Shown: positions 16,850-30,059 of the stretch, piece after piece
Layout of the letters: every line of letters begins with the position of its first letter
How positions within the stretch are numbered: position 1 is the first letter of the stretch
NCBI GenBank assembly: GCA_963700145.1
Contig: OY969474.1
Coordinates: forward strand, 320,001-384,000
DNA: 64,000 bases
Origin: an uncultured Acidobacteriota bacterium
GTDB taxonomy: Bacteria; Acidobacteriota; Thermoanaerobaculia; Multivoradales; UBA5704
Direction of reading: 5' to 3'
The notes under the pieces: model-generated
What the model was told of the DNA's origin: nothing
The model's database searches: none
Seen by the model: only the letters and a program-made list of their open reading frames with translations
Program-made: the position numbers and the translations under genes

Positions 16850-18187
16850 TTGCGCGACCACCCTACGCACGAGACCCTCGACCGCTTCCTGCGCGGGCAG
16901 CTTCCGGCGATCGAGGGTGCCCGCGTCATTGCCCATCTCGTCCGCGGCTGCCGCTTCTGCCAGGCGGCGGCCGCGGATCTCGCGGGGCCGCTCTTCGAGG
17001 AAGGCGAGCCGGAAGACCTCGGGAGCGACGAGGGCGCGGTCTACGAAGTTGATTTCGACCGCGCTTTCGCCGCGGCGGGCCCCGCCGCCGCCGCCCACGA
17101 ACAGGAGACCCTCCTGGCCGACGAGATCTACGCCGCGCTGGTGGCGGGGGGACACTCCGCCATCCCCGCCTCGCACTTCTGCAGCGCCCCTGTCTGCCGC
17201 GCCCTGATGCGGCGGAGCTGGGAGCTGCGGCACGAAGACCCGACCCAGATGCTGCAGCTAGCCCACCTCGCGGTGTACACCGCGAGCCGGCTCGACCCCG
17301 AGCAGGTGGGAACGGTGCGAGTCGCCGAGCTCAACGCCCGTGCGCTCGGCGAGTACGGGAACGCGCAGCGCATCACCGGCGACTTGAGCGGCGCCGACCG
17401 ATCGGTCGAGCAAGCCCTCGCTCTCTACCGGGGCAACGAGGAGGACCGGCTTCTCGGCGCCCACCTGCTGACCATCAGGGCCGCGCTGTTCGGTGATCAG
17501 CGCCGCTTCTCCGAAGCCCTCGACTTGCTCGAGCAGGTAGAGCAGACCTACGAGGAGTTCGGCGAGCGCCATCAGCAGGGGAGAGCGTTGGTCCAGAGGG
17601 GGCTCTATACCGGCTACCGCGGCGAGGTTGCGGAGGGGGTCCGCCTCCTGCGTAGCGCGCTCGCACTGATCGACGAGACGGTCGACCCGAAGCTGGCCCT
17701 GGTAGCTGTTCACAACCTCGCTTGGTTGCTCTCCGAGTGTGGGCAGCTCCGCGAAGGCCGGATACTGTTGTGGGAGAACAGCGGTCGCTACGACCGACAC
17801 GCGGATCGCGTGATGCTCTTGAAGCGCACCTGGCTTGAGGGGTACAACGCCGCGGGCCTCGGCGACCTGGAGCGTGCCGTCGAACGGCTGAGCGACGCGA
17901 TCCAGGGCTTCGACGAGGCAGAGCTGGGCTATCAGGCCGCGCTCGCCACCCTCGACCTCGGCGCCGTCTGGCTGCGCCAAGGCCGCTCGCACGCGGCGTT
18001 GGAGATCCTCGAATACGCTGCCGAGACCTTCGTCGCCATCGGCGTCGGCCGCGAAGCCCTCGGCGCCTTGGCCCTCCTCCAGCAAGCCTGCGAGCAAGAG
18101 AACGTCACCGTAACCTTCGTCCACGAAGTCTCCGCCTTCCTCCGCCGCCTCGAGCACGACCCGGCCGCCCGCTTCAGGCAGCGGTAG
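16850..18187 (+). CDS. Cytoplasmic TPR-repeat protein with N-terminal H...HxxxxCxxC zinc-finger-like motif
   Basis: DHPTHETLDRF...AHLVRGCRFC and TPR helices (GNAQRITGDLSGA, QRRFSEALDLL, VHNLAWLLSECG). TTG start. Confidence 0.85.
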   Translation: MRDHPTHETLDRFLRGQLPAIEGARVIAHLVRGCRFCQAAAADLAGPLFEEGEPEDLGSDEGAVYEVDFDRAFAAAGPAAAAHEQETLLADEIYAALVAGGHSAIPASHFCSAPVCRALMRRSWELRHEDPTQMLQLAHLAVYTASRLDPEQVGTVRVAELNARALGEYGNAQRITGDLSGADRSVEQALALYRGNEEDRLLGAHLLTIRAALFGDQRRFSEALDLLEQVEQTYEEFGERHQQGRALVQRGLYTGYRGEVAEGVRLLRSALALIDETVDPKLALVAVHNLAWLLSECGQLREGRILLWENSGRYDRHADRVMLLKRTWLEGYNAAGLGDLERAVERLSDAIQGFDEAELGYQAALATLDLGAVWLRQGRSHAALEILEYAAETFVAIGVGREALGALALLQQACEQENVTVTFVHEVSAFLRRLEHDPAARFRQR

Positions 18188-18300
18188 CGCAGCTTCCTTC
18201 TCTAGTACCTCGATAGCTGACCGGCCTCGGCCGCCCTCGATCGCGAACACGAGGTCATCGGGCGCCGCCGCGTGAGGGTGACGCATGCAGCCGGAGCGTG

Positions 18301-18553
18301 CTACGGCGGCCGCTCGGGCGCGCGGACGACTCGCTGGGTGCCGTCTTCGTACAGCGCGCGGACGCTTCCGTCCGGGGATAGCACTTGAAGAGTGCCGCGT
18401 GGCCGGCCCCCTCGCAGCGCAGCCGCACCCCGGACTGGAACTGCCGATGTGACCTGGCACTCCCTGCGCCTGAACCTCGATCCAGTCACGAGGAATTAGA
18501 AGGTCGCCATCGCGTGGGAACTGCAGTGCCCAAAGGGTGGCGTAGATGCTCAT
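18301..18553 (-). pseudogene. Internally deleted remnant of a conserved hypothetical gene
   Basis: The N-terminus MSIYATLWALQFPRDG...WIEVQAQGVPGHIG is joined out of frame to a C-terminus LRGGRPRGTLQVLSPDGSVRALYEDG. Confidence 0.5.
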
Positions 18554-18672
18554 GAGCTTCACCACGCTCGCCGCACCGGTCGGGCCGTGAGACGGCCTGG
18601 AGTGCGCCACGGCTGCGGCGAGGCTGGCGCCGCGTCTTATCTAGGTGGGCCCTGGTGAAAACCCCAGAGTCC

Positions 18673-19977
18673 TCAACGTTCGAGCTCGCCTAGAACCAGA
18701 TCGATCTCCCAGGGCCGCACAAAGCGAACGGGGACTCCTTCCTCGACGGTGTCGAGCCGCAGAGAGGCGTTGACCACGCCCAGGCAGGCCGGACGGTACG
18801 CTTCGAGAAAGCTATGTGTTCCTCGTGACACCGTCGGACGGGCGAGCTCGGCAGCTTTGACTTCAATTGCCACCATCCGTTTCCCGCGCCGCACCACGAA
18901 GTCGACCTCGGCACCGCCCTTCGAGCGCCAGAAGCGGATTTCGTCCAGCAACTCCAAGCGTTTTGCCAGCTCGTTGAAGATTGCATTCTCCCAGAGAGCG
19001 CCGCGGTCAGCCCTCTCGCTGCTCGCCTTGAAGCCGCCGAAGACCGCGTTGCGCAAGCCGTTGTCGAGGAAAAAGACTTTGGGCGTTCCGGAGATCTCGG
19101 AGCGCTTGCCCCCCGCGAACGGTGGCACCAGCCGGAGCACGAGTGCTTCCTCTGCGATCTCGAGGTAACGCCCAACGGTGTTGCGGGAGGCTTGGGCCAA
19201 GCCTGCCCAGTCGGTGAGATTCACCAGATTGCCGATGTCCGCCGCCGCCAGCTCCAGCAGCTTGCGAAACACCGACGGCCGCTCGATCTGATGGAGATCG
19301 GAGGTGTCCTTGAGGACGAAGGCTTCCACCAGGTGATGCAGTGCCGTCGCAGGATCAGAATCGAACCACGGCTCCGGATAACCGCCCGTGACGACGAGCT
19401 TTTCCCACAGGTCGCGGAGCCGCAGGTCGCGGATCGCGGGCGCCAGCCCCGCGGGAACGAGCGCTGCGACCTCCTGGAGAGAAAAGGGCAAGAGCTCAGT
19501 CCGTCGCGCCCGGCCGGCGAGAGACTCCCGCGTCCGCGCGCTGAATGCGAACGACGAGCTGCCGGTGGCGACGATGCGTCGCGACTTGTCGAGGTCGACA
19601 AGGCCCTTGATGAAGAGCGGCGCCTCCGCAAGGTGCTGGATCTCCTCGCACAGAAAGAGGGTCTCGGGGCTCAGCACCTCGGCCAGGGCATCCAGAGCGA
19701 GAGCGGGGGAGTGGGCGAGCTCGCGGATCCGCGGCTCCTCGGCATGAAGGATGAGGACCGGGGCCTCGACGTGAGTCAAGGCTTCCCGAATCCACGTCGA
19801 CTTTCCAGCCTGCCGCGGCCCCACGACCAGCTCTGCGCGCCCCGGACGCAGCTCGAGCCGGCGATGGCGTGCGATGAACAGTTCCGGCAGTGAGGCAGCG
19901 AGCAAAGCAGCTTGATCCGCCGGCCGGTCAAGCCACGGATTGTGCATACGGAGCGTCGCCAGGAGGGCCGGGTCCAT
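18673..19977 (-). CDS. AAA_14 ATPase with C-terminal DUF4143 (PD-(D/E)xK-like) domain
   Basis: HNPW, GPRQAGKS, EEIQH, TGSS, ESLAGR, GGYP, KVFFLDNG and EVDFV...AIEVK. Confidence 0.92.
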   Translation of the reverse strand: MDPALLATLRMHNPWLDRPADQAALLAASLPELFIARHRRLELRPGRAELVVGPRQAGKSTWIREALTHVEAPVLILHAEEPRIRELAHSPALALDALAEVLSPETLFLCEEIQHLAEAPLFIKGLVDLDKSRRIVATGSSSFAFSARTRESLAGRARRTELLPFSLQEVAALVPAGLAPAIRDLRLRDLWEKLVVTGGYPEPWFDSDPATALHHLVEAFVLKDTSDLHQIERPSVFRKLLELAAADIGNLVNLTDWAGLAQASRNTVGRYLEIAEEALVLRLVPPFAGGKRSEISGTPKVFFLDNGLRNAVFGGFKASSERADRGALWENAIFNELAKRLELLDEIRFWRSKGGAEVDFVVRRGKRMVAIEVKAAELARPTVSRGTHSFLEAYRPACLGVVNASLRLDTVEEGVPVRFVRPWEIDLVLGELER

Positions 19978-20107
19978 GATCGGCTCAGGTTAACTGTGAG
20001 CAACGAGCCCGGTCAATCGGCATTTGCCCTGACGATTAGTAGGGTTGATCGGCGGGCTCGGGCGCCTGTCGCGCTAGGCTGGGGCACAGCGGCACCGGGA
20101 GAACCCT

Positions 20108-21808
20108 ATGACCGACCCACCGACGCCTGCCCCGCCCGCCGCGACCGTCATCGCCACGCCGTCGCCAGAGAACCGGGAAGCCATGTTCCCGGCATTGACG
20201 GCGGCGCAGCTCGCCCGCGTGGCCGCGCACGGCACCGAGCGCCGGACCGCCCCCGGCGAGGTGCTGGTCGAGGTGGGGGACTCCCACGTGCCGTTCTTCG
20301 TCGTCACCGCCGGCGAGCTCGAGGCCGTGCGCCTCTTCGGCGGCACCGCGACGCGGGTGGCCCTGCACGGCCCCGGCAACTTCACCGGCGAGGTCAGCAC
20401 GCTCGCCGGCCGCCGCGCCCTGGTGAGCGTGCGCGCCACCCAGCCGGGCGCGGTGATCGAGCTCGACCGCGAGGGGCTGCTGGCGCTCGTCCAGACCGAC
20501 GCGGAGCTCTCCGAGATCGTCCTGCGCGCCTTCGTCCTGCGCCGCGTGGAGCTCGTCGCCCAGGGCCTCGGCGACGTCGTCCTGGTCGGCTCCGACCACT
20601 GCTCGGGCACGCTGCGGGTGCGCGAGTTCCTGACCCGCAACGGCCATCCCTACGCCTACATCGACCTCGACCGCGACGAGGGCGTCCAGGAGCTCCTCGA
20701 CCGCTTCCACGTCGCCGCTGCCGACGTGCCGATCGTCATCTGTCGCGGCGAGATCGTGCTGCGCAACCCGACTAACCAGCAGATCGCCGGCTGCCTCGGC
20801 TTCAACGACGCCATCGACCAGAGCCTGGTGCGCGACCTCGTCGTCATCGGCGCCGGCCCCTCCGGTCTCGCGGCCGCGGTCTACGGCGCCTCGGAAGGGC
20901 TCGACGTCCTGGTGGTGGAGGCGAGCTCACCCGGCGGCCAGGCCGGCGCCAGCTCGCGGATCGAGAACTACCTGGGATTTCCCACCGGCATCTCCGGCCA
21001 GGAGCTCGCCGGCCGGGCCTACACGCAGGCGGAGAAGTTCGGGGCGAAGGTGGCGATCCCCCGTAGCGCCCGGCGCCTCGCCTGCGACCGCCGCCCGTAC
21101 GTGCTCGAGCTCGACGCCGGCCCGCCGGTGCCGGCCCGCGCGGTGATCATCGCCACCGGTGCCGAGTACCGGCGGCTCGCCCTCGACGACCTCGGCCGGT
21201 TCGAGGGCGCCGGGGTCTACTACCTGGCCACCTTCATGGAGGCGCGGCTGTGCCGCGACGAGGAGATCGCCGTCGTGGGCGGCGGCAACTCCGCCGGCCA
21301 GGCCGCGGTGTTTTTGGCGCAGACCGCGCGGCACGTCCACGTGCTGGTGCGCGCGCGGGGGCTGGCGGACAGCATGTCGCGCTACCTCGTCCGTCGCCTC
21401 GAAGGCACCCCCAACATCACGCTGCATACGCGGACGGAGATCGTGGCGCTCGAGGGCGAGGCCCACGTCGAGCGCGTGCGCTGGCGCGACGGCGCGGAGC
21501 AGACGGTCGAGAGCCACGACATCCGCCACGTCTTCGTCATGACGGGCGCAGTGCCGAGCACGCGGTGGCTCGCCGGCTGCGTGGCGCTCGACGAGAAGGG
21601 CTTCATCAAGACCGGGACGACGCTGACGCCGGAGGACCTCGCCGCGGCGGGCTGGCCGCTGGCACGGCTGCCTCACTTGCTGGAGACCAGCCTGCCGGGC
21701 GTCTTCGCGGTCGGCGACGTGCGCAGCGGCAGCTTCAAGCGCGTGGCCTCGGCGGTCGGCGAGGGCTCGATCGCCGTCGCCCTCGTCCACCAAGTGCTGC
21801 ACGAGTAG
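20108..21808 (+). CDS. cNMP-binding domain-fused thioredoxin reductase-like FAD oxidoreductase
   Basis: N-terminal cNMP domain (GNFTGEV), GAGPSG, SSRIENYLGFPTGISG, GGGNSAG and PGVFAVGDVRSGS. Confidence 0.92.
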   Translation: MTDPPTPAPPAATVIATPSPENREAMFPALTAAQLARVAAHGTERRTAPGEVLVEVGDSHVPFFVVTAGELEAVRLFGGTATRVALHGPGNFTGEVSTLAGRRALVSVRATQPGAVIELDREGLLALVQTDAELSEIVLRAFVLRRVELVAQGLGDVVLVGSDHCSGTLRVREFLTRNGHPYAYIDLDRDEGVQELLDRFHVAAADVPIVICRGEIVLRNPTNQQIAGCLGFNDAIDQSLVRDLVVIGAGPSGLAAAVYGASEGLDVLVVEASSPGGQAGASSRIENYLGFPTGISGQELAGRAYTQAEKFGAKVAIPRSARRLACDRRPYVLELDAGPPVPARAVIIATGAEYRRLALDDLGRFEGAGVYYLATFMEARLCRDEEIAVVGGGNSAGQAAVFLAQTARHVHVLVRARGLADSMSRYLVRRLEGTPNITLHTRTEIVALEGEAHVERVRWRDGAEQTVESHDIRHVFVMTGAVPSTRWLAGCVALDEKGFIKTGTTLTPEDLAAAGWPLARLPHLLETSLPGVFAVGDVRSGSFKRVASAVGEGSIAVALVHQVLHE

Positions 21809-22004
21809 CAGTCGCGCCGATGCTCCGGCGTTCATAAGCTTCTTCTCCCTAAATCATCGAATGTATGAGATCTGGCTCCTGGCTCGAGGGCCTCCTCGAC
21901 CCCGGCCGGCGCTCTTTCTCCTCGGGAACCGACCGCTCCAGGGACACTCTCCGCCCGTGGCATTCCTCTTGCGAAATGGGCTCCCACCTACCGAGGAGAT
22001 AGCG

Positions 22005-23135
22005 ATGTCGACTGACTCTGTTCACGGCTCGTCTCGATTCCTGCTGCGCAGCGTGTTGCCGGTGGTGCTGGTCGCGATCGGCGCCCTGCTGGTGCCGCCG
22101 TCCGTCACCGCGCAGAGCTGCGTTCTCACCCGCCTCGACACGCCCGTCATGGACGCCTTCCACAACGACTTCACCCCCACCGGCGCTCACCAGCGCTTCC
22201 AGGCCTCCCTCGGCCACCGCTACGGCTACTCGTTCCGCCACTTCGTCGGCACCGACGAGCAGGAGGAGCGGATGGCCGAGCACAGCCAGGTGGTCAACAA
22301 CGTCAACATCATCGACCTCTCGATGCGCTACAGCTTCAACTCCCAGACGAGCCTCTCGGTGGGCCTCCCGTACCTGACGGCCAACCGCGACGGCGCGCTG
22401 CGCAACGCCGAAGGGCACGTGATCGCGCGCTACACGCGCAGCCAGACCGAAGGGCTCGGCGACGTCACGGTGGTCGCCAAGCACCTGCTCTGGGACCCGG
22501 CGACCCACCGCCGCTCGAACCTCTCCCTTGGGCTCGGCATCAAGGCCCCGACCGGTGACTACAAGCAGCGGCAGAGCACGCTGTCGCTCCGCGGCAGCCA
22601 GATCGTGCGCAGCGACGGGGGCACTGCCGATTACTCGGTCCAGCCCGGCGACGGCGCCTGGGGGATCATCACCGAGGCGAGCGGCTACCGCATCCTCAAC
22701 AAGACCGGCTCGCTTGCCCTCTACGGCAGCGGCACCTACATCTTCGCGCCCGAGACGCACAACGGCGTCGCGCGTCCCAACGCCAACATCGCCGAGGAGT
22801 TCGTGTCGGCGACGGACCAGTACGTGGCGCGCCTCGGCGTGCAGATCGGTCCCAAGTCCTGGCGCGGCTTCGGCCTCGGCCTCGGCGGCCGCATCGAGGG
22901 CATCCCGCCGCACGACGCCTTCGGCTCGAGCTTCGGCCGCCGGCGCCCGGGCTACATGGCCTCGGTCGAGCCGTCGCTGAGCTACTCCTGGGGCGGCAAC
23001 TCGCTCTCGATGTCGGTGCCGTGGGCCGTCGAGCGCAACCGCCAGCGCAGCGTCTCGGACCTCATCCGCGGCTCGCACGGCGACGCGGCCTTCCCGGACT
23101 ACGTGGTGCTGACCAACTACGCGGTTCGGTTCTGA
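22005..23135 (+). CDS. Outer-membrane beta-barrel protein (MetA-pathway/transporter-like)
   Basis: Signal peptide, GLGDVT, LGIKAPTG, QPGDGAWG and C-terminal Phe. GAGGAG RBS. Confidence 0.65.
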   Translation: MSTDSVHGSSRFLLRSVLPVVLVAIGALLVPPSVTAQSCVLTRLDTPVMDAFHNDFTPTGAHQRFQASLGHRYGYSFRHFVGTDEQEERMAEHSQVVNNVNIIDLSMRYSFNSQTSLSVGLPYLTANRDGALRNAEGHVIARYTRSQTEGLGDVTVVAKHLLWDPATHRRSNLSLGLGIKAPTGDYKQRQSTLSLRGSQIVRSDGGTADYSVQPGDGAWGIITEASGYRILNKTGSLALYGSGTYIFAPETHNGVARPNANIAEEFVSATDQYVARLGVQIGPKSWRGFGLGLGGRIEGIPPHDAFGSSFGRRRPGYMASVEPSLSYSWGGNSLSMSVPWAVERNRQRSVSDLIRGSHGDAAFPDYVVLTNYAVRF

Positions 23136-23187
23136 TGCGGCGAGGCGACGGCGCGCTCTGGTAGGACTCCGCCGCCGCTGAGTGCGC

Positions 23188-23622
23188 TCAGCGCCGCCGC
23201 GCCCGGTCGGGCTCGCGGGGTTCGGCGGCGGGGGCGGCGGCTTGGGCGGCGAGGATCTCGCGCAGCTTGCCGAGGGCCTGGTCGAGCTGCTCGGGGGTGA
23301 AAGGCGGGGGCTGGCGCGGGACGCTGCCCTGGAGCTTGGTGGCGAGGTCGCGGACTTTCTGGCCGGTCGGGCTCGGCTGCGGCGCTTCCTGCGGGTACGC
23401 CAGGCGGAAGAACTCGACAGGGTCGAGCTGGATGACCTCGAGGATCTGGAACAGGTGGCCGATCTTGAAGGTCAGGGAGCGGCCCCAGAGCTTGCTCAGG
23501 TAGCCGGACGCGAGGTCCATCCGGCGCTCGATCTCGTTGAGCGGGACGCCGGAGATCCGGACGACCGTCAGCAGGAGCTCGAGGAGCCGGTTGGTCTCCG
23601 CCCTGGCGGCTTCCGCAGACAC
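23188..23622 (-). CDS. XRE-family helix-turn-helix protein
   Basis: SGVPLNEIERRMDLASGYLSKL...ILEVIQLDPVEFF. Confidence 0.75.
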   Translation of the reverse strand: MSAEAARAETNRLLELLLTVVRISGVPLNEIERRMDLASGYLSKLWGRSLTFKIGHLFQILEVIQLDPVEFFRLAYPQEAPQPSPTGQKVRDLATKLQGSVPRQPPPFTPEQLDQALGKLREILAAQAAAPAAEPREPDRARRR

Positions 23623-23633
23623 GATGCCCTAGG

Positions 23634-26749
<3,116 letters not shown>

Positions 26750-26750
<1 letters not shown>

Positions 26751-28318
26751 CAGTGCACGTGCCCTTCGACCGCGCCCGAGCCCAGCAGCTCGCTGCGGCG
26801 GATGGCGTTGCCGCCGCGGGTGACCACGCGCTCGCCCGGAGCGATGCCGCGCACCGCCACCCGCGGCCCCTGCCGGGCGACGACCTCGACCTCGCGCCGC
26901 GCGAAGCTCTCGCCGCCGAGCTGAACGTAAACGACCTCGACGCCGGCGTCGTCCACCAGCGCCGAGGCGGGCAGCACGATGCCGCGCACCTCCCCGGGCA
27001 GCAGCAACTCGGTCTCGACGCGGCTGCCGAGGCGCAGCACGTCGACGCCGCGCCGGACCTCCAGGACGACCGGCACCATGCCCGTCGCGCGGTCCACCTC
27101 CGGGGAACGCGAGACCAGCCGCAGCTCGCCGGCCGGCACCGGGAAGGGCTCCTCCTCCGCCCAGCGGCGGACGAAGAGGCCGGCCGGCGCGGCGGTCAGC
27201 GCCGCCGCCTGCGCCGGCCGCAGGGCCAGCTCCAGCCAGACGGGCGAGGTCCGGACCAGGCGCGCCAGCGGCGCGCCGGCGGCCACGAACTGCCCCGGGC
27301 TCACCGCCACCTCCGCCACCCGGCCGGCGATCGGCGCCGCGATGCGGAAGCTCTCCGGCCCGGCGCCGCCCCGCCGCACCGCGCCGGCCGCGGCGCGGCC
27401 GCGGCGGGCCGCCTCGAGGCGAGCCGAAAGCGCGCGCACCGCCGCGTCCGCCTCCTCGACCTCGCGCCGGCTCGCCGCCTCGACCGCCAGCAGCTCGCGC
27501 AGGCGGGCGAGCCGCGAGCGCGCCGCGTGCAGCTCGGCCTCGAGCGATGTCACGTCGGCGCCCAGCTCGGAGAGGCTGCGCTCGCCCTCGACGCGCGGCG
27601 CCAGCGTGAAGAGCGGCGTCCCCCGCGCCGCCTCCAGGCCGACGTGCGGCCAGCGCGCGGCGGTGACCACGCCGTCGGCAGGGGCGGTGAGCGTCGCCTC
27701 GCCGCCGCCGGCGGCGCGCACCGTCGCCGGGGCCCGCAGCGTCCGCCGCAGGCTTCCGGTCTCGGCCCAGGCGGTGGCGAACGGCGTGCGCCATTGCTGC
27801 TCCTTCAGAAACCCGATCGGCTCGCCGCCGGCAGCGTCCTCGGCCGGCGTCCCCGGCGGCGGCTCGACCAGCCCGCCCGGCGACTCCGCCGTCCCGACGC
27901 GCACGCGGCCGGCGGCGATCTCCTCGCGGCGGCCCCGCTCCTCGACCCGGAAGACGAGGTCGAAGGTGCCCTCGCGTGCCGGGCGGAAGACGACCTGGAA
28001 GATGCCGGGGCGGAGCGGCGAGGGCGCGTGGAACGTCTCCTCCCGGCCGCCGCCGCGCAGGATGCCGGTGACCGAACCGCGGTCGAGCGCCGAGAAGTCA
28101 TCGAGCACGGTGAAGTGGGCGTGCGAGGGGGCCTCGCGGCCGGCGATCAGGGGGTCGGTTTCGGCGAACAGCTCGTAGTGCTCGCTCCAGGCGGTGACCG
28201 ACCAGGGCTCGGCCTCGCCGGCGTGCTCGTCGCCCTCAGGGCCGGCGTCGCGGCAAGCCGGCAGAAGGGCGAGCGCCAGGACGGCAAGGGGAAGGAGCGG
28301 CGTCGCGGCACGGGTCAT
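26750..28318 (-). CDS. czcB: CzcB/CusB-family RND periplasmic adaptor (lipoprotein)
   Basis: LLPAC lipobox, FLKEQQW, APIAGRV and C-terminal GHVH. Translationally coupled to czcA. Confidence 0.88.
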
Positions 28319-29544
28319 GGCAGCTCTCCAGGTGCGGGAGTCGATCCGACGGGGCGGCCGGCGGCGGCCTCGAGGGCGCGCTCGGCCGCGAGCGCCGCCT
28401 CGCGCAACGCGAGTGAAGTCGTGCGCGACGCGAGGGCCGCGCGCAGGCTGTCGAGGAAGTCGGTCAGGTCGGCCTCGCCGAGCTCGAACGCGGCGGATGC
28501 GCCGGCCAGCACCGCGTCGGTCTCGGCGGCGGCCGCTTCGGCCGCCCCGGCTTCGCGGCTCAGGCGCTCGTAGGCGGCGAGCGCGCCGGCCAGCTCGGCC
28601 TCGGCGCGGGCGCGGGCCAGAGACAGCTCGGCGCGGGCGCCGGCGAGGCGGGCCTCGGCCTCGCGGCGGTCGGCCTGGCGGCGGTCGAAGAGCGGCACCG
28701 TCCAGCCGACCGAGGCGACCGGCCCGGCGTGGGCGTCCCCCTCCTGCTCCACCCGCTTCCAGCCGAGGCCGAGCGCCGGGGGATCGACGACGCGGCCGGC
28801 GAGCCGCCGCAAGGCCTCGGCGCGCTCGACCTCCCGCTCGCGGGCGAGGAGGTCCGCCCGCGCCGCGAGGGCGGCCGCCGGGGCGATCTCGGCGGCGGCC
28901 GGCAGGGTTGGCGAGGCGGGGCGGGCGCCGGCGGACAGCGCGGGCAGCCAAGCCGCCACCTCCGCCCGCCGGCCGGCCAGCTCCGCCTCGGCGAGGGCGA
29001 GGTCGGCACGCGCCTGCGCCTCTTCGAGCGTCAGGCGCCGGGCGGCCAGGCCGGGGATCTCCCCCGCCTCGGCGCGGGCGCGGGCCCGCCGCGCCAGCTC
29101 GCCGACGCGGGCGAGGTGCGCCGCCGCGAGGTCCCGGCGCTCGGCGGCGAGCGCCCAGCCGGCGTAGGCGGCGCGCAGCGCCAGCCGCAGCCGCAGCCGG
29201 CCCGCAGCGAGGCGCCCCTCGGCGGCCGCGAGCCCGCGCTCCGCCGCCTCGCGGCGCAGGGCGCGGCGCCCGCCGAGCGGCGGCGTCCAGGTGGCGACGG
29301 CGGCCGTCTCGCGCGCGCTCGGGTCCGGCTCCTCGCGGGTGACCTCGACGGCCGGGTTGGGCAGCAGCGCGGCGCGCACCACCTCGGCGGCGGCCACCTC
29401 GCGCTCCGCCAGGAGCGCGGCGGCGGCCGGGTGGTCCTCGCCCACCGCGGCGAGGAGCTCCGCCTCGGTGAAGACGACCGCCTCCTGCGCGCCGGCCGGC
29501 GCGAGAGCGAGCAGGAGCGACAGGGCAAACCAGGTTCTAGACAT
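28315..29544 (-). CDS. czcC: TolC/CzcC-family outer-membrane efflux protein
   Basis: Signal peptide, LLPNP, VPLFDRRQ, AFELGE and helical repeats. Confidence 0.88.
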   Translation of the reverse strand: MSRTWFALSLLLALAPAGAQEAVVFTEAELLAAVGEDHPAAAALLAEREVAAAEVVRAALLPNPAVEVTREEPDPSARETAAVATWTPPLGGRRALRREAAERGLAAAEGRLAAGRLRLRLALRAAYAGWALAAERRDLAAAHLARVGELARRARARAEAGEIPGLAARRLTLEEAQARADLALAEAELAGRRAEVAAWLPALSAGARPASPTLPAAAEIAPAAALAARADLLAREREVERAEALRRLAGRVVDPPALGLGWKRVEQEGDAHAGPVASVGWTVPLFDRRQADRREAEARLAGARAELSLARARAEAELAGALAAYERLSREAGAAEAAAAETDAVLAGASAAFELGEADLTDFLDSLRAALASRTTSLALREAALAAERALEAAAGRPVGSTPAPGELP

Positions 29545-29636
29545 GACGACTCCGTTCGCGCGAACAAACAGGGTGCGCGGCGCCGCGAGAGGGCACCGCG
29601 AAGGGCCGGACGAGCGCCGGCGCTAGGAGGCGGGGT

Positions 29637-30002
29637 TCAGATCAGCAGACTGCAGAGCAGCGCGAGCCGCGGCGGGCCGCACCCGGACGGGCCGGCAGGC
29701 GGGCGCCCGCGCAAGGGCGCCGTCGCGAGCGCGAGCTGCGCAGGGGGGCCGAGCCGGAGCGGCGAGAAGGCGGGGGACTGGACGCTGCGCGGCGGGTCCT
29801 GCCGCGCGGAGGGCGCGGGGGTGAGGTCGTGAGTATGCGGCGGGGTGCCTTCGGGATGGTCGTGCCCGTGCACCAGCGCCGCGGCGAACGTCTCGGGATG
29901 GCTGTGACCGTCCCACACGGCCGCTCCGAGCTGGAGCAGCCCAGGCGCTGAAGTGACGGCGACGAGCAGAAGAGCGGCGAGAAGCGGACGGCAGGCGCGC
30001 AC
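29637..30002 (-). CDS. His-rich exported leader-type peptide upstream of czcCBA (CzcI/DUF2946-like)
   Basis: Hydrophobic N-terminus, GHSH...HGHDH...PPHTH, Pro-rich C-terminus (RGRPP, GPP). CACAAT 6 nt before the GTG. Confidence 0.6.
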   Translation of the reverse strand: MRACRPLLAALLLVAVTSAPGLLQLGAAVWDGHSHPETFAAALVHGHDHPEGTPPHTHDLTPAPSARQDPPRSVQSPAFSPLRLGPPAQLALATAPLRGRPPAGPSGCGPPRLALLCSLLI

Positions 30003-30059
30003 CGCAGGATTGTGTCCCACCGTCGGACGAGCGGTCAAACCGAGCGATACAGTCACACC

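Noticed and set aside
18673-19977. AAA-DUF4143 gene as a novel defence system
   Set aside because: A very common stand-alone family with no partner gene here.
8800-20000. Prophage or ICE
   Set aside because: It has a wall hydrolase, an RHH gene and lower-GC patches, but no integrase, terminase, capsid, relaxase or tRNA att site.
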